Source: Candidatus Latescibacterota bacterium (GTDB lineage Bacteria; Latescibacterota; UBA2968; UBA8231). From it: a stretch of 64,000 nt of DNA. The notes under the pieces were generated by a model, which saw nothing but the letters and a program-made list of their open reading frames with translations, was not told the DNA's origin and made no database searches. Both the position numbers and the translations under genes were made by a program. The DNA is taken from NCBI GenBank assembly GCA_964291625.2, contig OZ220090.1, forward strand, positions 1,062,451 to 1,126,450, read 5' to 3'. Positions 47,700-56,968 of this stretch are shown here, one piece after another; position 1 is the stretch's first letter, and each line of letters starts with the position of its first letter.

Positions 47700-48261
47700 G
47701 GTCCTGGAGCCCCGGTCGGGCTCGTGGAGGGCGGCGCGCCTCCGCGGCCACCCGACCCAGGCAGACGCCCTCTACCTGGCCGCCGACCGCGAGCTGTACC
47801 ACAGCCCGGATCGCGGTGCCACCTGGCGGGCCCTCGACCCGGGGTATCCCGGGGTCCCCTGAATCAACGACGTGGCCGTCGATCCCCTCGACCCGTCGAC
47901 GCTCTACGTGGCCGAGCGCCGGCCTGTTCTCCCTGGAGAGCGGGCCGACAGCCGTAACGGCGGAGGCCGCCGTGCCGCGCACGACCGAGCTGATGAGGAG
48001 CTACCCCAATCCCTTCAACGCGAGCCCCGTCATCCCCTTCCGCCTGGCCACCTCAAGCCGGGTGAGGGTCGACATCCACAACCTCCTCGGGCAGCGGGTC
48101 CGCCGGTTCCTCGACGAGCCGCGCGCCCCGGGCTGCACAAGGTGCGCTGGCCCGGCACCGATGACCGGGGGTCCCCGGTCTCCAGCGGCGTCTACTTCTA
48201 CCGCTACCGCCTCATCACCGGCGATGTGGCCGAGACCCGGCGCTGCATGCTGATCCGGTGA
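47700..48261 (+). pseudogene. Decayed 3' fragment of a BNR/beta-propeller protein with C-terminal FlgD-Ig domain
   Basis: LYHSPDRGATW (BNR), internal stop, VAVDPLDPSTLYV, then SYPNPFNA...LGQRVR frameshifting into VRWPGTDDRG...SGVYFY. Confidence 0.75.
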
Positions 48262-48397
48262 TCCTCGGGACGGGACAGAATCTGAGGCAATCGCGACACC
48301 CGAGAGCGCCGGCTGCAAGGCAGGGCAGCTGCCGCGAAGCAGACTGGCTATGGGAGACTGGGGTCGAGGAGACCCGGCTGACAGCGGATGGCGATGC

Positions 48398-48425
48398 TTG
48401 ACAAGTGTACCATAAGTGGTACACT
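48398..48425 (+). promoter_or_regulatory. Sigma70-type promoter overlapped by palindromic operator (TA autoregulation)
   Basis: TTGACA-N16-TACACT with extended -10 TG; palindrome AGTGTACCA-taag-TGGTACACT. Confidence 0.75.
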
Positions 48426-48428
48426 CAG

Positions 48429-48710
48429 ATGGTGCCAAGAGACAGGCCGCTTCCTGTTCGCTTCTTCCGTACGACGACGGGCCGTGAGCCGGCCAGAGCA
48501 TGGCTGCGCAGCCTGGATCGAGAGTCGAAGAGGATCATTGGTACGGACATCAAGACCCTTCAGTTCGGGTGGCCCCTTGGAATGCCGCTGGTACGCAAGC
48601 TCGAGGGCGATCTTTGGGAGGTCCGTAGCACCCTGCCCAATTCGATAGCTCGAGTACTCTTTACGGTCTTCGATGGCACGATCGAGACTGGCGATTCTCC
48701 GGGAGACACG
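48429..48710 (+). pseudogene. Truncated RelE/Gp49-like (DUF891) toxin running in frame into the antitoxin
   Basis: FFRTTTGREP...GWPLGMPLVRKL...LWEVR...ARVLF present; the usual LLHGFxKK C-terminus and stop codon are missing. Confidence 0.75.
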
Positions 48711-48989
48711 ATGAAGGGACATGTCGGCAGCAGCTTCGATGAGTTCCTCGCAGAGGAGGGCCTTCTCAGCGAATCGGAGGCGACGGCGGTGAAGCGCGTC
48801 ATTGCTTACCAGCTGAGTCAGTTCATGGAAGAGAACAAGCTGTCCAAGTCGGCGATGGCCAGGCGCATGCGAACCAGTCGGTCGGCTCTGGACCGTCTGC
48901 TTGACTCGTCCAATCCCTCGGTAACACTGCAGACGATGGACCGCGCTGCGCGGGCCCTGGGCAAGAAGCTCCGCATTGAACTGACCTGA
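48711..48989 (+). CDS. XRE/HTH antitoxin
   Basis: HVGSSFDEFLAEEG...KSAMARRMRTSRSALDRLLD...SVTLQT; own GGAG RBS. Confidence 0.88.
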   Translation: MKGHVGSSFDEFLAEEGLLSESEATAVKRVIAYQLSQFMEENKLSKSAMARRMRTSRSALDRLLDSSNPSVTLQTMDRAARALGKKLRIELT

Positions 48990-49062
48990 TTTCACCTGGG
49001 GCCGCTGCCGGGCAAGGTCTGTCCCGCCAGGCTTCGTCCGGCCCCTGACCCGCCCCTCCCGC

Positions 49063-49899
49063 TCACCCTCCCGCGCCGCGGTGCAGGGTGGCGATCCAGC
49101 GTTCGGCGGAGATGAAGCCCCAGCTCCAGCCGGACCACTCCTCCGCCACGCCGGCCGCCTGCAGCTCCTCCAGGCCGAGGCCCGCCGCCATCCCGTCCTC
49201 CACCGCCGCCCGCGTCTCCCGGATCATGCGCAGGTAGGTGCGCAGATCGTCGGGCGTTGCCAGATCCCCATGCCCGGGGATGACCCGCGTCTCGGGGCCG
49301 ATCCGCGCCAGCACCGCCTCGACGGCGGCGATCACCCCGTCGACGCTGCCGCCGGCGTCGATGTCGACGTAGGGGAACCGCCCGTGGAACAGGATGTCGC
49401 CCATGTGGACCACGTCGGAGCCGGTGAAGAACACGACGGCGTCGCCATCGGTGTGGGCCGCCGGGAAGTGGACGATCTCGATCTCCTCGCCGTTGAAGTG
49501 CAGGGAGACGCCCTCCTCGAAGGTGAGCACGGGCAGGGCCTCGGGCGGCGGGTCCTCCCCGGCCGTCAGTCGGGCGCGGACATTGTGGTGCGCCAGGATC
49601 GGGGTGACGGCGCCGAAGACGGCGTTGCCGCCGGTGTGGTCTCCGTGGTAATGCGTGTTGAGGAGGAAGGCGGGATCGCCCTCCCCCAGGCCGGCCAGGG
49701 CGGCGCGCATCGGCTCGGCGAGCCGGGCGAACTTGGCGTCGATCAGCAGCAGGCCGTCATCGCCGGCGCAGACGCCGATGTTGCCGCCGCGGCCGTTGAT
49801 CATGTGGATGCCTCCGGTCACCGGGGTGACCGTCAGCTCCTGGGCCGACAGGGCGCCGGCGGCCAGCAGCAGCAGGGGCAGCAGGGGCGTGGTCTTCAT
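49063..49899 (-). CDS. Secreted MBL-fold metallo-hydrolase (cyclase-like)
   Basis: Signal peptide, NTHYHGDHTGGN, AHTDGD, HMGD, IPGHG. Confidence 0.93.
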   Translation of the reverse strand: MKTTPLLPLLLLAAGALSAQELTVTPVTGGIHMINGRGGNIGVCAGDDGLLLIDAKFARLAEPMRAALAGLGEGDPAFLLNTHYHGDHTGGNAVFGAVTPILAHHNVRARLTAGEDPPPEALPVLTFEEGVSLHFNGEEIEIVHFPAAHTDGDAVVFFTGSDVVHMGDILFHGRFPYVDIDAGGSVDGVIAAVEAVLARIGPETRVIPGHGDLATPDDLRTYLRMIRETRAAVEDGMAAGLGLEELQAAGVAEEWSGWSWGFISAERWIATLHRGAGG

Positions 49900-50148
49900 C
49901 GGGGCTCTCCTCGGCAACGGTCGGACGGACGGGCGGAGCGTGGACCTATTATACTCGCCACACGGAACGGCTCACCACGCAGACGGGGAAGTGGGCACAC
50001 GCAATGAGGGACGAGCTTTGACAAGGACCGGGCCGGGCCGGCGCGCCATGGGCGGCCACTTGCGGGTTCTCCAGGCCGAGTCCAACGACGCCGGCGGGTA
50101 CGCGCCCGACAACCGCGGCCGCGCCGCCACCCGCGGACCGGCGCGGGC

Positions 50149-50913
50149 ATGACGGGAGGGCGGATGCCGACCGGGAGGAGCGACGGCCGCCGCGGCAGAC
50201 GCCCTGGCCGGCGGACGCTGGCCCTGTCCGTCCTGCTGGCCGTGGCGGCCCTGGCCGAGCCGGCGCCGGGTCCGCGGACGGTCCTGCTCTTCGGCGACTC
50301 CCTGACCGCCGGGTACGGGGTCGAGCCCGAGCAGGCCTTCCCGGCCCTGATCCAGGCGCGGCTGGACTCCCTCGCCTGGCCGGTGCGTGTCGTCAACGCC
50401 GGCCTCGCCGGCGAGACCACTGCGGCCGGGTTGCGCCGCATCGACTGGGTCCTGCGTCCCCCGGTGGACGTCTTCGTGCTGGCCCTCGGCGGCAACGACG
50501 GTCTGCGGGGTCTGCCCCCGGACCAGACCGAACGCAACCTGCAGGCCATCCTCGACCGGGTGAAGGCGAGGTTTCCCGAGGCCGGCCGGGTCGTGGCCGG
50601 GGTGCGCCTGCCGCCCAACCTCGGGGAGCCGTACGTCCAGGCCTTCCAGGCTGTCTTCCCGCGGCTGGCGCAGGCCAACGGAGCGGTGCTGATCCCGAGG
50701 CTCCTGGAGGGGGTCGGCGGCGACCGCGGGCTGATGCTCGGCGACGGCATCCACCCGAACGCGGACGGCCACCGCCGGGTGGCGGAGACGGTGTGGGCGG
50801 CGCTGGAGCCGCTGCTGGCGCCGAGCGCCTCAACCGGCGCGGCGCAGGACCTCCAGGGGCGGAGCGGTGCGGACGCCCCGGCTGCCGGCGACCCCGAAGA
50901 GGACGGTCAATAG
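50149..50913 (+). CDS. tesA: GDSL arylesterase / acyl-CoA thioesterase I (TesA-like)
   Basis: FGDSLTAGYG, NAGLAGETT, LGGNDGLRG, DGIHPN. Confidence 0.9.
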   Translation: MTGGRMPTGRSDGRRGRRPGRRTLALSVLLAVAALAEPAPGPRTVLLFGDSLTAGYGVEPEQAFPALIQARLDSLAWPVRVVNAGLAGETTAAGLRRIDWVLRPPVDVFVLALGGNDGLRGLPPDQTERNLQAILDRVKARFPEAGRVVAGVRLPPNLGEPYVQAFQAVFPRLAQANGAVLIPRLLEGVGGDRGLMLGDGIHPNADGHRRVAETVWAALEPLLAPSASTGAAQDLQGRSGADAPAAGDPEEDGQ

Positions 50914-53373
50914 AGGCACGGCCGCGGCCATCCCCGCCAGCCACTCCCAGGCCGGCTGGTAGGCCACCTCGAAGACCCAGGCCGCCAGGCCCCAGCCGCC
51001 GCCGAGGGCCAGGGCCAGGCCGGTGGCGCCGGCCAGGGCCCCGAGGGCGGCGTACTCCACCAGCAGGATGCGTCCCACCTGGCGGCGGCTGGCGCCGATG
51101 GTGCGCAGCAGGGCGCTCTCGCGCAGGCGCTGGAAGCGGCTCGCCGACACCGACGCGGCGAGCACCACGAGTCCGGTGGCCACGCTGAACAGGGCCATGA
51201 AGCGGACCACGGCGGCGACGCGCTCGAGGACCTTGTCGACGGTGCGCAGGATCACGTCGAGGTCGATGGCGGAGACGTTGGGGAAAGCGCCGACGACCTC
51301 CCGCTGCAGGCGGGCCCGGGTCCCGGCGTCGGCGCGGCTGACGAGCACGTGGAACTGGGGCGCCTGCTCCAGCACGCCCGTGGAGAACACGACCAGGAAG
51401 TTGGGCATGATCCGCTGCCAGTCGACCTCGCGCAGACCGGAGACGATCACGGGCACGCGCACCCCCTGCACGTCGAAGACCAGCTCGTCGCCCACGGTCA
51501 CGCCGAGGCGGGCGGCCACCCCCTCCTCGAGAGAGACGGTGCCCGCACCGACCTCCGCGTCGGCCGCGGCCGCCGGGCCGGGTTGCGCGGCCCCGTGGCT
51601 GCCGGAGAGGAGCCGCTCGCTGTCGGTGAGGTGGTCGCGGTAGGTGGACCGGTACTCGCGGTGCAGGGCCCAGTTGCGGCGGCCGCCGCTCTCGCCGGCG
51701 ATCTCCTCGACGCTCCGTCCCTTGACCTCGGCCAGGCGCATGGCCACCACCGGTACCTGCTGCAGCACCGGCATCCCCAGGCCCTCGACGAGCCCGGCCA
51801 CCGCCTCGCGCTGATCGGTCTGGATGTCGAAGAGCACCATGTTCGGCTGATCGCCGCCGCCGATGCGAGCCAGGTGGGAGAGGATCGAGCTCTGGGCGGT
51901 GTGCAGGGCGGCGACCAGGAAGACGCCCAGGCCGAGGCTGACGAGCAGCAGCAGGGTCTGGTTGTGGGGCCGGTAGAGGTTGGCCAGGCCCTGGCGCCAG
52001 ACGTAGCTCCAGCGCCGCGGGAAGAGCCGGCGCGTGCCGGCGCGCAGGGCGAGGGCGGCCGCGGCCAGCAGCAGCAGGGCGGCGGCCGTGCCGCCGGTGA
52101 ACATCAGGGCGTGGTCGGCCCGCCCGGCCAGCAGCTGCGCCAGCAGGAAGGCGCCGGCGGCGGCCACGGCCAGCACCAGCAGCCGCAGCAGGCGGTCGCC
52201 GGCGCGGACACCGGTCTCGTACGAGGCGCGCAGGGCGAGCAGGGGACTGGCGCCGCGCACGGCCAGCAGGGGCCGGGCGGCGAACAGCACGGCGATGGCG
52301 GTGCCGATGCCCACGCCTTCGAGCAGGGGCCGCGGCGACAGGGCGACCTCCACGGCGCCGGGCAGGAAGCCGGCCACCACCTGCGGCAGCAGCAGCGTGA
52401 CCCCCAGCCCCGCCAGCGCCCCGGCGAGGGAGCCGGTCAGGCCCATGGCCCCGGCCTGCAGCAGGTAGATGGCCAGGGCCTGCCGGCTGCTGGCGCCCAG
52501 GGCCCGCAGCACGGCGACGGTCTCGAGCTTCTGCTCCACGTGGGCGTGGATGGCGCTGGCCACCCCCACCGCGCCCAGGAGCAGGGCGATGAACCCGCCC
52601 AGGCCGAGGAAGGCGTCGAGATTGCGGATGGTGCGGCCGAGACGGCGCTGCCGGTCGGCGGCGGTGTCGGCGTCGAGGCCCGGGTCGGACAGGCGAAGGC
52701 GCTCCTCCAGGCGGCCGGCGAGGGCCCCCACCCGGCGGCCGTCGTCGAAGGCGAAGTAGCGCTTGTGCTCGACGCGGCTGCCGTACTGGACCAGCCCGGT
52801 CTCGTCCAGGTGCTCGAGGGGGATGAACACCGGCGGGCGCACGTCGCTGCGCACCGCCGTCTCCCCGGGGACGGCGAGGACGCGCCCGGCGATCCGGAAC
52901 GGGCGCCGGCCGACCTGCACCGAGTCCCCCACCCCGGCGTCGAACTGCCGCATCACGCCGTCGTCGACCAGGGCCCCGCGGCCGGCCTCCAGGGCGGCCC
53001 GGGCGCCGGGCGGGTCGGTCCGCACCCGGCCATAGAACGGCCACCCGCCCTCCAGGGCACGGACCTCCACCAGGCGCGATCCGCCCGAGGCCGGCAGCAG
53101 CACCATCGAGCGGGTCTCCACCTGCCGCGCCTGGCGCCCGCCGAGGGAGTCGAAGACCGCCTCCGCCTCATCCGAGAAGGGCTGGCGGCTCTCGACCTCC
53201 AGGTCGGCGCCCAGCAGCTCCGCCGCCTGGCGGGCGACGCCCGTCTCCATGGCCAGGCTCAGGCCGCGCAGGGCGGTGAGGGCGGCGATGCCGATGGCGA
53301 TGGCGGCGGTGTGGAACAGCAGCCGGCGGCGGAACCCGCGGCTGTCCCGCCAGGCCATGCGCAGGGTCCACAC
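50830..53373 (-). CDS. ABC transporter permease (YbbP/FtsX-like)
   Basis: LLGADL, WPFYG, two FtsX-like TM bundles, PNMVLFDIQ. Confidence 0.92.
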   Translation of the reverse strand: MWTLRMAWRDSRGFRRRLLFHTAAIAIGIAALTALRGLSLAMETGVARQAAELLGADLEVESRQPFSDEAEAVFDSLGGRQARQVETRSMVLLPASGGSRLVEVRALEGGWPFYGRVRTDPPGARAALEAGRGALVDDGVMRQFDAGVGDSVQVGRRPFRIAGRVLAVPGETAVRSDVRPPVFIPLEHLDETGLVQYGSRVEHKRYFAFDDGRRVGALAGRLEERLRLSDPGLDADTAADRQRRLGRTIRNLDAFLGLGGFIALLLGAVGVASAIHAHVEQKLETVAVLRALGASSRQALAIYLLQAGAMGLTGSLAGALAGLGVTLLLPQVVAGFLPGAVEVALSPRPLLEGVGIGTAIAVLFAARPLLAVRGASPLLALRASYETGVRAGDRLLRLLVLAVAAAGAFLLAQLLAGRADHALMFTGGTAAALLLLAAAALALRAGTRRLFPRRWSYVWRQGLANLYRPHNQTLLLLVSLGLGVFLVAALHTAQSSILSHLARIGGGDQPNMVLFDIQTDQREAVAGLVEGLGMPVLQQVPVVAMRLAEVKGRSVEEIAGESGGRRNWALHREYRSTYRDHLTDSERLLSGSHGAAQPGPAAAADAEVGAGTVSLEEGVAARLGVTVGDELVFDVQGVRVPVIVSGLREVDWQRIMPNFLVVFSTGVLEQAPQFHVLVSRADAGTRARLQREVVGAFPNVSAIDLDVILRTVDKVLERVAAVVRFMALFSVATGLVVLAASVSASRFQRLRESALLRTIGASRRQVGRILLVEYAALGALAGATGLALALGGGWGLAAWVFEVAYQPAWEWLAGMAAAVPLLTVLFGVAGSRGVRTAPPLEVLRRAG

Positions 53374-53377
53374 GGGG

Positions 53378-54061
53378 TCAGCCGCCCGTGTCGGCGACCA
53401 CGGCGCCGGCCCGCAGGCGGATCACGCGGCGGCAGCGCCCGGCCAGGTCGGTGTCGTGGGTGACCAGCACCAGGGTGGTGCCCGCCTCCTGGTTGAGGGC
53501 GAACAGCAGGTCGGCGACGGCGGCGCCGGTGTCGGTGTCGAGGTTGCCCGTGGGCTCGTCGGCGAACAGGATGCGCGGCCGGTGGATGAAGGCCCGCGCC
53601 AGTCCGACGCGCTGCTGCTCGCCGCCCGACAACTGAACGGGGTAGTGGTCGAGGCGGTCGCCGAGGCCGACGCGGTCGAGCAGCTCGGCGGCGCGCTCGC
53701 GGGCGCCGGCCTCGCCGCGCAGCTCCAGGGGCACGGCCACGTTCTCCACGGCGCTCAGGGTCGGCACCAGCTGAAAGGTCTGGAAGACGAAGCCGACGCG
53801 GTCCCGCCGCAGGCGCGCCCGGGCGTCCTCGTCGAGGCGGCCGAGGGGCTCGCCGTCGAGAACGACGCTTCCCGCCGTGGGCCGGTCGAGGCCGGCGCAC
53901 AGACCGAGGAGGGTGGTCTTGCCGCTGCCCGAGGGCCCGACGACGGCGCAGGTGGTGCCCGCCGCGACCGAGAACGTGACGTCGCGCAACACCGTCAGCT
54001 CGCGGTGGCCGCTGCGGTAGGTACGGGTGAGGCCGCGCGCCTCGAGGACGGCTGCGCTCAT
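53378..54061 (-). CDS. ABC transporter ATP-binding protein (YbbA/LolD-like)
   Basis: GPSGSGKT, LSGGEQQR, DEPTGNLD, VTHD. Confidence 0.95.
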   Translation of the reverse strand: MSAAVLEARGLTRTYRSGHRELTVLRDVTFSVAAGTTCAVVGPSGSGKTTLLGLCAGLDRPTAGSVVLDGEPLGRLDEDARARLRRDRVGFVFQTFQLVPTLSAVENVAVPLELRGEAGARERAAELLDRVGLGDRLDHYPVQLSGGEQQRVGLARAFIHRPRILFADEPTGNLDTDTGAAVADLLFALNQEAGTTLVLVTHDTDLAGRCRRVIRLRAGAVVADTGG

Positions 54062-54951
54062 CGCAGACCCCGTTGGCGCAGCAGCTGAATCAGGCGTTCG
54101 GGCCGGTCGGTCATGATGCCGTCGACGCCTGTCTCGATCAGGCGTTCCATCTCCTCGTCGCGGTTGACGGTCCACACCTGCACGGGCAGGCCGCGCCGGC
54201 GGGCGCCCTCGACGAACCGGGGGTTCACCAGGTCGATGGGGCCGGCCGTCTCGGGCACGTGGTAGGCGTCGAAGTCCGGCTCCACGAGGCCGTCGAGGCG
54301 CAGGGTGCGCAGGCCCCAGTCGACGGCGACCTCGCGGGCCGAGGCCGAGGTGGCGATCCCCGGGCAGGCCTCCCGGAAGGCGCCCAGGGTTTCGTGGCGG
54401 AAGGAGGCGACGATGGCCAGGGACTGCATCCCGTGGGACCGCAGGTCGTCGCACAGGCGCTGCGCCGAGTCCCGGTGGCCGCTCTTCAGCTCCACGAGCA
54501 GACGCCGCCCGGGGAAGGCGGCGAGGAACTCCTCGAGGGAGGGGATCCGCAGTCCCTTCCCCCGGTAGGGGTGGGTGCGGCCGCCGTCCGGACTCCAGCG
54601 GTAGCCGGCGTCCAGGGCCTGGAGCCGGGCGAGGGTCATCCGGTCGACGCGGCCCGTGTCCTCGGTGACGCGGTGCACGCGGCGGTCGTGGAAGACGACG
54701 AGAGCCCCGTCGGCGCTGCGCCGCAGGTCCAGCTCGAGGATGTCGGCGCCCAGGGAGTCGGCGTGTCGAAAGACGAGCAGGGTGCCCTCCGGGGCCACAT
54801 CGGCGCCGCCCCGGTGGGCGATGACCTGCAGGCCTTCGAGGCCGGCGAAGTAGGGATGGACCGGCCGGGGGGACGGCGGCACGAGGGCCAGCACCGCCCA
54901 CAGGCCCAGGACCGCGGCCAGAGCGACGACCGCCTTGCGGCGACGGCTCAC
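54058..54951 (-). CDS. Glycerophosphodiester phosphodiesterase
   Basis: IAHRGG, PEGT, ELD, VFHD, VWTVN, GIMTDRP; N-terminal membrane anchor. Confidence 0.92.
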   Translation of the reverse strand: MSRRRKAVVALAAVLGLWAVLALVPPSPRPVHPYFAGLEGLQVIAHRGGADVAPEGTLLVFRHADSLGADILELDLRRSADGALVVFHDRRVHRVTEDTGRVDRMTLARLQALDAGYRWSPDGGRTHPYRGKGLRIPSLEEFLAAFPGRRLLVELKSGHRDSAQRLCDDLRSHGMQSLAIVASFRHETLGAFREACPGIATSASAREVAVDWGLRTLRLDGLVEPDFDAYHVPETAGPIDLVNPRFVEGARRRGLPVQVWTVNRDEEMERLIETGVDGIMTDRPERLIQLLRQRGLR

Positions 54952-55100
54952 CGCTTGTCCGCCAGGTAACTGGACAGGCTCCCCTTGGCCACGTCCGCAG
55001 CCTCGGCGATCCCCTCCATCAGGACCTCGTCGTAGCGGCCCCTCGCGAACCGGCGGGCAGCACAGGCCAGGATCCGTGCGCGCAGTTGGGAACCGCTCAC
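54948..55100 (-). CDS. 50-aa HTH-only TetR-family protein (mini-gene or remnant; below the ORF track cutoff)
   Basis: My translation: VSGSQLRARILACAARRFARGRYDEVLMEGIAEAADVAKGSLSSYLADKR*; GGAGGT RBS; GTGA overlaps at both ends. Confidence 0.72.
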   Translation of the reverse strand: MSGSQLRARILACAARRFARGRYDEVLMEGIAEAADVAKGSLSSYLADKR

Positions 55101-56968
55101 GATCCATCACCTCCTGCGGCTCGGAGCGATCGGGTCCGCTCCTGCGCTGACTCAAGGGCTCCGTACTGCAGCTGGTGCAGCCGGTGGTAGAGCCCGCCGC
55201 GGGCCAGCAGCTCCTCGTGGCGGCCGTGCTCGCGCACCTGACCCCGGTGCAGCACGAGGATGGAATCGGCCTGGCGCACCGTCGACAGCCGGTGGGCGAT
55301 GACCAGGCTCGTGCGCCCGCCCATCATCCGCCCCACCGCCTCCTGGATCCACATCTCGGTCTCGGTGTCGATGTTGGCCGTGGCCTCGTCGAGGACGAGG
55401 ACCTCGGGTTCGGCGGCCAGCACCCGGGCGAAGGAGAGCAGCTGGCGCTGCCCTGCCGACAGGGAGGCGCCGCGCTCCCCCACGGTCTGGTCGTAGCGGT
55501 CCGGCAGGCGGTCGATGAAGCGGTCGGCGTTGGTGTCGCGGGCGGCCTGCTCGATCCGCTCCCTCGGGACCGCCTCCCCGTCGCTGCCGGCGCCGAGGGC
55601 GATGTTGTCGGCCAGGGTCCCCGCGAAGAGAAAGACATCCTGCTGCACCAGCCCGATGCGGCGGCGCAGGTCGCGCGCGTCCCAGTCCCTCACGTCGACG
55701 CCGTCCACCCGGACCTCGCCGCGCTGCGCGTCGTAGAACCGGCACAGGAGGTTGACGAGGGTGCTCTTGCCGGCGCCGGTGGCCCCGACCACGGCCAGGC
55801 TCTGCCCGGGCTCGATGGCGAAGGTGACGCCGCGCAGGACCCACTCCTCCTCCCCCGGCCCGCCGTCGTAGGCGAACCAGACGTCGCGGAACTCGATGCG
55901 GCCGAGCATCGGGTCCGGACCCCGCCAGGCGCCGCTGGGCTCCTCCTCGGCGTCGAGCAGCTCGAAGATGCGCTCCGACGAGGCCATCGCCGTCTGCAGC
56001 ACCTGCCAGCCCTCGGCGATCGACCGCAGGGGCATGAAGAACCGGGGCACGTACTGGAGCATCGCCACCAGCACCCCCCACTCCATCTCCCGGGAGAGGA
56101 CCTGGCCGGTGCCGTACCACAGGACGAGGGCCAGCATCAGGCCGCCCGAGAGCTCCATGACCGGGAAGTAGGCCGAGTGGTAGACGGTGGCGGTCAGGCG
56201 GCTGCGGAGATACTCGTCGTTGCTCTCCTCGAAGCGGCGCGAGCGGCGGTCCTCGGTGCCGAAGAGCTGCACCACCTCCATGCCGGTGATCCCCTCCTGC
56301 AGGGTGGCGGCGAAGTCGCCGAAGCGCGCCCGGGCCTCCTGGTAGCAGCGGTAGGTGCGGCGCTGCAGCAGGGCCGTGGCGAGGAAGGCGAGGGGCAGGC
56401 AGAGGCTCGTGACCAGGCCCAGACCGGGGTCCATGTAGAAGATGAACCCGAGGATGACGACCAGCGTGAAGAGGTCGCTCACGAGGGTTACCAGGCCGTC
56501 GGTGAACAGCTCGTTGAGGGCGTCCACGTCGCTGGTGTTGCGCGCCATGAGCCGCCCCACGGGCGTGCGGTCGTAGAACCGCAGGGGCAGCCACTGCAGG
56601 CGGTTGAAGATCGCCCGCCGCAGGTCGCGCATCGCCCACTGGCCGATCATGTTCGTCGTCCAGCCCTGGACGTAGCCGAGGACGAACTGCAGTCCCAGCA
56701 GGGCCGCGTAGAGCAGGACGATGGCGCCGAAGCCCTCGGCGTCGCCGGCGAGGAGGTAGTCGTCGACGCCGATCTTGGTCAGGTAAGGGCCCGCCTGGCG
56801 GACGCCGGCGCCGAGGAGGATCGCGGCCAGGCCCGCAAGCCCCCAGAAGAGGTAGGGCCGCAGCCAGCCCAGCAGCCGGAGGATCAGGCGGGCCTCCAGG
56901 CCGCGGGGGCTCTCCTCTTCCTCGAGGGGTGGCGCCGCCGGCAGCGGGGCGGGACCGCCGCGCATCAT
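55097..56968 (-). CDS. ABC exporter ATP-binding/permease subunit (MdlB-like)
   Basis: TM domain plus GATGAGKS, LSAGQRQ, LDEATA, IAHRLST. Confidence 0.93.
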   Translation of the reverse strand: MMRGGPAPLPAAPPLEEEESPRGLEARLILRLLGWLRPYLFWGLAGLAAILLGAGVRQAGPYLTKIGVDDYLLAGDAEGFGAIVLLYAALLGLQFVLGYVQGWTTNMIGQWAMRDLRRAIFNRLQWLPLRFYDRTPVGRLMARNTSDVDALNELFTDGLVTLVSDLFTLVVILGFIFYMDPGLGLVTSLCLPLAFLATALLQRRTYRCYQEARARFGDFAATLQEGITGMEVVQLFGTEDRRSRRFEESNDEYLRSRLTATVYHSAYFPVMELSGGLMLALVLWYGTGQVLSREMEWGVLVAMLQYVPRFFMPLRSIAEGWQVLQTAMASSERIFELLDAEEEPSGAWRGPDPMLGRIEFRDVWFAYDGGPGEEEWVLRGVTFAIEPGQSLAVVGATGAGKSTLVNLLCRFYDAQRGEVRVDGVDVRDWDARDLRRRIGLVQQDVFLFAGTLADNIALGAGSDGEAVPRERIEQAARDTNADRFIDRLPDRYDQTVGERGASLSAGQRQLLSFARVLAAEPEVLVLDEATANIDTETEMWIQEAVGRMMGGRTSLVIAHRLSTVRQADSILVLHRGQVREHGRHEELLARGGLYHRLHQLQYGALESAQERTRSLRAAGGDGS

